From: Promethearchaeota archaeon
Lineage (GTDB): Archaea > Asgardarchaeota > Lokiarchaeia > Sigyniarchaeales > SOKP01
Length of the DNA: 15,834 bases
Assembly (NCBI GenBank): GCA_048941015.1
Contig: JBHLNZ010000066.1
Span: 1 to 15,834 of the forward strand
Reading direction: 5' to 3'
Below, in pieces: positions 1 to 7,037 of the stretch (its first letter is position 1; each line of letters opens with the position of its first letter). Both the position numbers and the translations under genes were made by a program. Below the pieces are notes generated by a model that was given only the letters and a program-made list of their open reading frames with translations, searched no databases and was not told the origin of the DNA.

Positions 1-82
1 AGAAGATGAGTTTGTATATATCGAGGATTTAATTAATACAACTAAATTATATGCTTTAACCGCTTTGAATTATTTAATATAA
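1..82 (+). CDS. 3' end of a probable M20-family metallopeptidase/deacylase (ArgE/DapE-like), truncated by the window edge
   Basis: Frame from nt 2 reads EDEFVYIEDLINTTKLYALTALNYLI*, resembling the M20 C-terminal pattern (H)xxDExVxxxDLxxxxxxY. Stop TAA at 80-82. Confidence 0.6.
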   Translation, partial: EDEFVYIEDLINTTKLYALTALNYLI

Positions 83-113
83 TTCTCTCTTACTTCTTAT
101 TGATTTTTTTTTT
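83..113 (+). terminator. Possible archaeal oligo-T terminator
   Basis: Pyrimidine-rich tract ending in a T10 run (104-113) directly after the stop at 82. Confidence 0.35.
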
Positions 114-194
114 AAAAGCGCATTCTTTATATACCGCAATCACAGAACAGAGAATTTTTTTTGTAAAAAAGGTGATTGATTTTATATAATAATA

Positions 195-398
195 TTGCAG
201 AAAATTATGTATAAGAAAATAATATTGGTGATAAAAATTAAAAAAAAGGTTCAAATAGGAACATGTGAAATCTATGGGAAAGAATATGACAAAAATATGA
301 GAGGTTCTCGTTCTCAGGGTGAGAAATTAACCTGTTCTATTGAATGTGAGACTAAATACAATAGAGAACATCAAAATACACAACAAAATGCAAAATGA
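195..398 (+). CDS. Small hypothetical protein with a degenerate Zn-finger-like motif (start uncertain)
   Basis: CEIYGKEY-x15-CSIEC resembles CxxCGKxF...CSxxC with one Cys replaced by Tyr. Its stop overlaps the next start (ATGA, 395-398). Confidence 0.4.
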   Translation: MQKIMYKKIILVIKIKKKVQIGTCEIYGKEYDKNMRGSRSQGEKLTCSIECETKYNREHQNTQQNAK

Positions 399-631
399 AG
401 AATATTTTGCAAAAAAAATGGAAATATTTATTTCTCAGTGCCGTTGTTTGTTCATTGTTTTGCGGTTTAATCGCAGTTGCAGCCTATGTTAATTACCTCG
501 TTTCGTTCGGGGTTTCCCTCTCAGATACTGAAAAATTGCAGAAAGGTATGAGTATCCCCCTTGCTTTTATTTTTGGCTTCCTTGCCCCTTATCTGGCAGC
601 AATTATACAAAAAATTCCTAAATATCTCTAG
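395..631 (+). CDS. Small membrane protein with two predicted TM helices
   Basis: Hydrophobic segments YLFLSAVVCSLFCGLIAVAAYV and MSIPLAFIFGFLAPYLAAII, basic N-terminus, ATGA coupling to the upstream ORF. Confidence 0.6.
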   Translation: MKNILQKKWKYLFLSAVVCSLFCGLIAVAAYVNYLVSFGVSLSDTEKLQKGMSIPLAFIFGFLAPYLAAIIQKIPKYL

Positions 632-636
632 GTATT

Positions 637-1119
637 TCAACGTATCAACAGAACATCGCAGGGTGCTTTCTCAAACACTTTCTTTGCTATTGAACCAGAA
701 AAAAATTCTTCAATCTTTTCTAGAGTTGAGTGAACCCCCTTAAACCCTAATACAACTAGATCAAAACCTTCTTCTTTTACCATACGAGTAATATAATCAT
801 CAGCATCTTCATCCATTACTAATCTCACTTCAATATCTAATCCATACTCCGCAAATAATCGCTCTGTTTCCTCAATAACTTCTCTTCCTTTAACTTCATA
901 TTCTTCACGAATACGTTGATAATCTTGTGGAGGTATTTCATATGTTCTAGTAGTAACAAAAGGATATCCTAAGTCTAAACCCGAAGGTATCGCATGATGT
1001 TCAACCGAATGAAATGCCACGACTTGTGCATCATTCAATTTCGTAAGTTCAATAACTTTTTGCGCTGCTCGAAGCGAATAATCTGATCCATCTGTTCCAA
1101 GTAGAATTTTTTTATACAT
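637..1119 (-). CDS. Universal stress protein (UspA family)
   Basis: N-terminal YKKILLGTDGSDYSLRAA, DLVVLGFKG...GSIA and C-terminal APCDVLLIR are typical USP motifs. Confidence 0.93.
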   Translation of the reverse strand: MYKKILLGTDGSDYSLRAAQKVIELTKLNDAQVVAFHSVEHHAIPSGLDLGYPFVTTRTYEIPPQDYQRIREEYEVKGREVIEETERLFAEYGLDIEVRLVMDEDADDYITRMVKEEGFDLVVLGFKGVHSTLEKIEEFFSGSIAKKVFEKAPCDVLLIR

Positions 1120-1312
1120 ATTTAATCATCTCTTTTGTTTTAATTATGAAGTATCAACTTACGATTATAAGGATGATCTCTAAAAAATATTAATAAAAGC
1201 TATTCTAAAGTTTATTCGATTAACTTAAGGGGTCATCTTTTTTACATTTTTTAAATTTTATCTCAAAAATAATGAAACTTCAAAAAAAGAGTATAATAAA
1301 AGAAATTTTTAA

Positions 1313-2080
1313 TCATTCTTCTTCGGCAGTTTCTTTGCCAAGTAATCTTACCACAGCATCAGCCAATTTATTTTGACTTCGACTCATGATGCCTTTAATT
1401 TTTCCTTCTTTTCCCAACACTCTAAGCATAATTCCGTTCCAAACTGAAGAAGGATCTCCTTTAATTTTTTTAAACCTGTCTCGAAATACTTTCACATCAA
1501 TATTTTTATAATCCTTCGCAGCTTCAGTACACTTAAAGCATAAGATACATTTATCTTTATCTACAACTATCTCTGTCCCGTCTCGAGACATAGCTCCAAC
1601 AGAACATTCATCCGCATATGCATCTAACACTTTGGTATCCTTTTCACTAGAAGTAATAGTGATCGAACCTTCTACAACTTTCCGAACTTTTTTCCCATTC
1701 TCTAATTCTCTAACTTCCTCTTCAAATTCTGGCAAAGAGCCATTCTCTACTAAAAGTACTTTCTTCTCACCGTTAATGAATAATTCTAATGTATACCCAG
1801 GACATATCCAAGTACAACTACCACACCAAATACACTTTTCCGTGTCAACAACTATTTTCTTATCAGATTCAATGCCCATTTCTTCTGGCGTCCCAATAGC
1901 TGTTTTTTTTAAAGGTTCATCATAAATAGATATTGTAACTGGGCAAACTCTATGACAAAAACCACATTGAATGCATTTATCTTCATGATAGCGCAATATC
2001 ATCTCATGATTAAGCATTTTATATACATAATCTGTGGTATTTTCATCAACTTGAATTGATTTTTTTGCTGGTAACGACAA
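1313..2080 (-). CDS. 4Fe-4S polyferredoxin-like protein (FwdF/FwdG-like)
   Basis: CIQCGFCHRVCP and CIWCGSCTWICP full motifs, plus ECSVGA and CILCFKC partial motifs. TTG start. Confidence 0.85.
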   Translation of the reverse strand: MSLPAKKSIQVDENTTDYVYKMLNHEMILRYHEDKCIQCGFCHRVCPVTISIYDEPLKKTAIGTPEEMGIESDKKIVVDTEKCIWCGSCTWICPGYTLELFINGEKKVLLVENGSLPEFEEEVRELENGKKVRKVVEGSITITSSEKDTKVLDAYADECSVGAMSRDGTEIVVDKDKCILCFKCTEAAKDYKNIDVKVFRDRFKKIKGDPSSVWNGIMLRVLGKEGKIKGIMSRSQNKLADAVVRLLGKETAEEE

Positions 2081-2132
2081 TTTAACTCACTTTTTTTTGT
2101 ATAAAATTATTTTTTTTAATTATTATTAAAAT

Positions 2133-3272
2133 TTATGTTCTTTCTAATTCCATCTCCCTGATTGCTTTTCCAGATCTGAATGGAACATCATCGACGCTTT
2201 CTCCTGCCGTATATTTAAATATTTCCTTAAATGCTTCATTTAATGACTGAAAGTATAGAGATAATGGTAAATGTTGTGGACAATTATTATCACAATTCCC
2301 ACATTCAACACATCGATCTGCTACATGAGCTATACGAGTAAGTTGATATGTTTCTTTATTAATTACTTTATCTTTTCTTTTCTGCTGAAGTATACAATCT
2401 ACACAATAACAAACGGGACATCCCCTAATACACATTCCACACATTGTGCATGCTTGAAGGCGTTCAAGCTTTTCTGTTTGAGAAAGTTTATCCCATTCTT
2501 CTAAATCTTTGGCTCTTTTCTCAATTGCTTTTTGCTTTATTGCCTTTACCATATCATCTTGTTTAGTTTTGATATCATTAGGAAGGCTTTTTTTAGCTAT
2601 ACCCGATTTTTCTAATAAATCATTTCCTTTATCAGAATAAACCTTTAAGATTATTTCATCAGAATTGATAGGAATTGCTAAGTCACTAATACCTAAGTCA
2701 GCTACCACTGGAATTTTTCTCAGACATCGAGAACAGTTTTCAGCTATATCTAAACTTACCTCTTTAGTTTTACCATCCTTTAAAAGAAGGACTAATCCCT
2801 TATCACCAATTTTTTCCTTAACTACTTGTGTTAGATCAAGATCTTTTACTTTTTTCATTTCACGTGAGGCATTGATAATCATTCCCCGATCCTCAAACGC
2901 GATTATAAAAAGATTCTCTAGGTTTATCTGTTTTATCTTTACTAACTCAATAATCGCTCTGGTATCACATGGCCGAGCAATTAGTCCCACTTTTTCTTTT
3001 AATGCCCCATCAACAGATTTATGCAAATATTTAGCTGCAGAATCTGTTCTCGCATAACCATAAGAAATTAGGTTGGTTAGCGGAAAACCTGAAATATCTT
3101 CAGGTTTACTATATAATTTAGGAGTTACTGTAAAACGATCTTCTTCATTTGTTTTTTTATCAATTCTCGTTTCTGCTCCGATGATCTTATCAACAACTTT
3201 TTCTTTTAAAAGAGTTGCTAATAGCTTCGGAAAATCTTCTACTTTTATTAAGTAATCTGCTATTGCATCCAT
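2133..3272 (-). CDS. FdhB/FrhB-family (F420-dependent dehydrogenase beta subunit-like) Fe-S protein
   Basis: Motifs ARPCDTRAIIELVK, NCSRC, CTMCGMCIRGCPVCYCVDC and RIAHVADRCVECGNCDNNCP match the methanogen FdhB architecture. Confidence 0.85.
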   Translation of the reverse strand: MDAIADYLIKVEDFPKLLATLLKEKVVDKIIGAETRIDKKTNEEDRFTVTPKLYSKPEDISGFPLTNLISYGYARTDSAAKYLHKSVDGALKEKVGLIARPCDTRAIIELVKIKQINLENLFIIAFEDRGMIINASREMKKVKDLDLTQVVKEKIGDKGLVLLLKDGKTKEVSLDIAENCSRCLRKIPVVADLGISDLAIPINSDEIILKVYSDKGNDLLEKSGIAKKSLPNDIKTKQDDMVKAIKQKAIEKRAKDLEEWDKLSQTEKLERLQACTMCGMCIRGCPVCYCVDCILQQKRKDKVINKETYQLTRIAHVADRCVECGNCDNNCPQHLPLSLYFQSLNEAFKEIFKYTAGESVDDVPFRSGKAIREMELERT

Positions 3273-3380
3273 GTCTTTCCAACTCTCAATAATAAATTTT
3301 TTTCTTAAATGAATATAATATTAAATTTTCTTCCAATGAAGTTTTTTAAATATATTTTTTATAAATTTTTATTTATTTTT

Positions 3381-3453
3381 ATGTGTTTTATGGTGCTCCC
3401 ATTTCTTCAACTGAGCTCTCATTTTTTCAACTCAGTATCATTAGTTAACACAT
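3381..3453 (-). promoter_or_regulatory. SECIS element, eukaryote/Lokiarchaeota-type
   Basis: Minus-strand RNA reads AUGUGUU-AACUA-AUGAU-ACUGAGUU-GAAAAAAUGAG-AGCUCAGU-UGAA-GAAAUGGGAGCACCAUAA-AACACAU. This gives a 7-bp helix I, an AUGA/GA core, an 8-bp helix II and an A-rich apical loop. It starts 6 nt after the stop of a gene with two in-frame UGAs. Confidence 0.85.
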
Positions 3454-3459
3454 TAATTT

Positions 3460-3921
3460 TTAAGCTTTAGCTTTCGCTTTAGCTTCGTCTTTTTTTGGTG
3501 TGCCGCTTTTTGGTCTTAAAGGACTAGGACCTAATTCGCGAATTGTTTTATCAAATTCCGTTGCTTCTTTTTGAAATTTCTGACCTTCAGCTGCGGTACA
3601 GTACCCGAACTTCAATCTTTTTTCACTAAGCCCCATAGATTTTAATACTTCTTTAAGATATTCTACTTGACGATATGCAAAATAGTTACCCGTCTCATAA
3701 TCGCATTCTTTTGGGTATCATCCAATAATCATAACGCCATCAGCACCTCGTCCGAAAGATCTCATTACTACATCGTCGCCTACTCTGCCTGTGCAAGGTA
3801 CTAAAATAGTTCTTATCGATGATGGATATTGTGCGCGAATTGTTCCAGCCATATCAGCGGAACCATAACCTCATTTCCAACAGAGAAATGCAATAATCTT
3901 AATATCTTCTTTTTCTGCCAT
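3460..3921 (-). CDS. mvhD: MvhD/VhuD [2Fe-2S] subunit; selenoprotein with two Sec residues (U17, U68); 153 aa
   Basis: Manual translation: MAEKEDIKIIAFLCWK-U-GYGSADMAGTIRAQYPSSIRTILVPCTGRV...GADGVMIIG-U-YPKECDYETGNY...RLKFGYCTAAEGQKF...ELGPSPLR...AKAKA*. TGA at 3873-3871 and 3720-3718 align with MvhD Cys positions. Stop TAA at 3462-3460. Missing from the ORF track. Confidence 0.95.
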
Positions 3922-3928
3922 TTTTTTC

Positions 3929-3934
3929 CACCTC
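3929..3934 (-). promoter_or_regulatory. Shine-Dalgarno site of mvhD
   Basis: GAGGTG 7 nt upstream of ATG 3921, inside the 14-nt hdrA-mvhD spacer. Confidence 0.7.
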
Positions 3935-3935
3935 T

Positions 3936-5912
3936 TTACTCCTCGATTGGTAATAACTCGTCAATTAAAGCCATATATTGATCATCTCTATAATATGTTA
4001 GTTCTATTGCTTTCGAAGGACAAATCGCTGCACACGTTCCACATCCTCGGCATCGGATTAAATCAACGACAATATTTCCTTTTTCATTCACAGATATTGC
4101 TGTATATGGACAGGATTCAATACATTTATAACATTTCGCACATCTCTCATCTGAAGGGGTTGCACGTATTAATTCCATAGTATACTCTCCCTTACTCATT
4201 GGAATGCCAGCTGTAGATGCCGCTCCTTTTGCTTGACTTACTGCTTTATCAATTTCTTTCTGTCCTTGAGCAGAACCACAGATATATATTCCTGGAACCT
4301 TAGTACTAATAGGATCAAGTCGAGCGTGATATTCTTTTAAAAATCCATCAGGACTTTTTTCCATGTTTAATACTCGAGCAATCTCCACAGTTCCTTGAGA
4401 GGGTAAAGATGCTGGTGAAGTAACAATCATATGAACTTCCATAGTTACTACTGTATCAGTCCCAACAGGTTCAAATTGAACAATTAAATTCTTTGTTAAG
4501 GGATCTTCTTCTACCTTTCCCACAAGACCTTTAACGAATATTATTCCGGCATCCCTAGATCTCCTATAATATTCTTCGTAATCCTTGCCCGCACATCTCA
4601 TATCAATGTAAGTACAGACAATTTGGGAATCAGGATACTCCGATTTTATTAGTTTTGAATTTTTTAAAGAGAGATTGCAGCAAATCACAGAACACCATGG
4701 ATTTTTATTTATATCTCGACTGCCTACACAGTTTATGAATAATATTTTTGTTGGTCGTTTTCCATCAGAAGGTCGTTTTAAGTGTCCAAAAGTGGGGCCA
4801 TTAGGAGCAATAATTCGTTCTAGCTGAATTTGATTGATTACATTATCATATTTTCCATAACCATAATCATCACCTTGATATAGGTCCCACCCGGTAGCAA
4901 CAATTATTGTTCCCACTTCAATTTCTTCTTCTCTATCTTGAATACTAAAGTCTATCGCATCCTCTTCGCAAGAATCAACACAAGCAAAACATTCCACACA
5001 AGACTGCCGTGCGATATCGTAAATTGCGGGTACAGCTTGAGCAAATGCAATGTCAATACATTTTCTCGCCGAAAGATTCTCATCGAAATAATTTGGTAAA
5101 TAAATCGGACATACTTCAGTACACGCACTACACCCAGTGCATTTAATTTCATCAACGAATCGTGTATGCCGTGTAACTTTCACTTTAAAATTTCCAATAT
5201 ACCCATCTACTTGAGTAACTTCACTTAGAGTCATAATCTCAATATTTGGATGGCGATTTGCCTCTAACATTTTAGGACCGAGAATTCATATCGAACAATC
5301 ATCGGTTGGAAACGTACGGTCAAGTTGGGACATACGGCCTCCAATAGTGGTATTTTTTTCAACCAAATAGACTTTAAATCCGGCATCACCTAAATCAACA
5401 GCAGCTGTTAATCCTGCAATACCGCCTCCAACAACTAGAGCAGCACGCTTAACAGGTACAGTCTTGGTTGGTACATCCTCTAAAAGTCTTGCTCTAGAAA
5501 TACCTGCTTTGATAAGTTCAACTGCTTTCTGAATCGCTTTTTCACGAACTTCAGGAGCTTGATGAACGAAACTACAATGTTCTCTGATGTTAACAAACTC
5601 CAAATATCTTGGAGGTAAACCTGCTTCGCTTAGAATAGCATGAAAGACTGGTTGATGTGTTTTAGGTGTACAAGCCGCGACAACAATTCTTTCAAGTTTA
5701 CTTTCTTCAATTTGTTCTTTAATATATGAGCTTCCACCTTCAGTACACATACTTAAGTATTCGAATGCTTTAACCCCATCTAATTTATTGAGCTCTTCTA
5801 CAATCCGTGGTACATCCAAAATTCCAGCAATGTTAATACCTCAGCGACACACAAATACGCCAACAATGGACTTTTTAGCTTCATTATTGTCCTTGGTCTG
5901 TTTTTCAGACAA
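3936..5912 (-). CDS. hdrA: Heterodisulfide reductase subunit A (flavin/Fe-S, electron-bifurcating family); selenoprotein with two Sec residues (U24, U209); 658 aa
   Basis: One continuous frame from TTG 5912: MSEKQTKDNNEAKKSIVGVFVCR-U-GINIAG...VAACTP...NIREHCSFVH...GGGIAG...DRTFPTDDCSI-U-ILGPKMLEANRHPNI...CVGSRD...WCSVICC..., with inserted and C-terminal ferredoxin domains. TGA at 5843-5841 and 5288-5286. Joins track ORFs 5286..5819 and 3936..5270 in frame. Confidence 0.95.
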
Positions 5913-5918
5913 TATTTA

Positions 5919-5923
5919 CACCT
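5919..5923 (-). promoter_or_regulatory. Shine-Dalgarno site of hdrA
   Basis: AGGTG 6 nt upstream of TTG at 5912, supporting a start upstream of the first UGA. Confidence 0.65.
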
Positions 5924-6298
5924 TTGATTATATATCCTCCTAATTAGTTAAGAGTTTTTTTATCTTATTCATTTAATCTATTGTAGGTTATACAATAATT
6001 TTATGATCTTGTAAATAGTTCTTCTTATTAAAGTTCAATTGTTATTTAATTTGATTTAGTGCTTTTTAAAATCGGATAATATATCATTATTTTTTAAATA
6101 TCATCTCGACAAAATTTAAATAAATAAACTAGATTGACACTGTTATGATACGGAATTATTTCATTAGACAAATCCAGTTAACTTAGTAATTGAATTCTTA
6201 CTATATTTTTGAAAATTTTATATATTTTAATTGGTTAATTTTTATCTAACAAATCTTAATCTCGATATATTTTTTATTTAAATCAGAAAAGGATCTTT

Positions 6299-7000
6299 AT
6301 GGAAGAAAAAACAGAAAATGAGAATTTTCAAAAGACCAAACAAAAACTCTCTGACTTATTAAAAAGAAGACCACCCCAAGGACAGTTTCGAGACCAATTA
6401 TTTTGGCTAGTTGATATAATACATGTTTGTAAGGCGAGTGGAAATCTATTCTTAATGCAAGAAGCTAAACTTATGGAAAAAGCTTTAAATAATCTCTCTG
6501 AATTCTTAAAGACAGGTGATACTCAAGTATTAAATGATGCAACTAAACACGTTGAACAATTTGCTCGTATTGTGAAAGCAATAGCCACTGGTGGTTTAGT
6601 TGAATTTAATGTATTTTTAAGTTATGCTACCAGAGACAATGATTTTTTCAGAATCGCGGAAACGGCTAGACGGTTGGAAGAATATCCTGAAATTACAAAG
6701 GTATTTTATTGGGAACAAGACAGTGGTCAAAATATAATCGAATATATGGAAGCAAATCTTGAAAGATCTAAGGTTTTTGTCCATTTCTGTTCTCAACATT
6801 CTAAAACTTCAAAATCGGTCAAACTAGAGCGGGAAGCTGCAATACAATTAAATCAAGAAGAAAGAATAAGAATTCTTCCAGTATTTGAAAATCCTTCTGA
6901 TATCCCATTACTCATAAAACCCTACTTAGGTGTTGAATATAATCCTAACGATTTTGAGGGATTTATTGAAAATCTTTATAGAGAAATTTTACGGAAATAA
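6299..7000 (+). CDS. TIR-domain protein (C-terminal TIR_2) with an uncharacterised helical N-terminal region
   Basis: FNVFLSYATRD, VFYWEQDSGQNIIEYMEANLERSKVFVHFCS, SKSVKLEREAA and RILPVF follow the TIR beta/alpha pattern. Confidence 0.85.
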   Translation: MEEKTENENFQKTKQKLSDLLKRRPPQGQFRDQLFWLVDIIHVCKASGNLFLMQEAKLMEKALNNLSEFLKTGDTQVLNDATKHVEQFARIVKAIATGGLVEFNVFLSYATRDNDFFRIAETARRLEEYPEITKVFYWEQDSGQNIIEYMEANLERSKVFVHFCSQHSKTSKSVKLEREAAIQLNQEERIRILPVFENPSDIPLLIKPYLGVEYNPNDFEGFIENLYREILRK

Positions 7001-7037
7001 TATAAATTTTCTTTAGCATAAAAATAATTGAATTATT

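Noticed and set aside
1265-1315. Sec read-through of the polyferredoxin TGA stop
   Set aside because: The extension is a short AT-rich non-protein-like peptide, and the TGA follows an acidic tail, not a Cys motif.
561-5155. Track ORFs 561..743, 1632..1925, 2271..2504, 2665..3057, 3073..3255, 3947..4180 and 4952..5155
   Set aside because: Antisense or alternative-frame shadows of well-supported genes, with no recognisable motifs.
3936-5819. hdrA as a split gene or pseudogene (two ORFs in the track)
   Set aside because: Both pieces are in the same frame, separated only by a TGA at a conserved Cys position. The same pattern occurs four times in two genes, and a SECIS follows.
637-5912. Genome-wide UGA reassignment (to Trp or Gly)
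   Set aside because: TGA ends the USP gene at its normal family C-terminus, Trp is encoded by TGG (e.g. mvhD W15), and the in-frame TGAs occur only at Cys-equivalent sites.
5941-5976. SECIS-like hairpin upstream of hdrA (AUGAA-UAAGA-UAAAAAAAC-UCUUA)
   Set aside because: Only a 5-bp AU-rich stem, and no GA on the 3' side to form the core.
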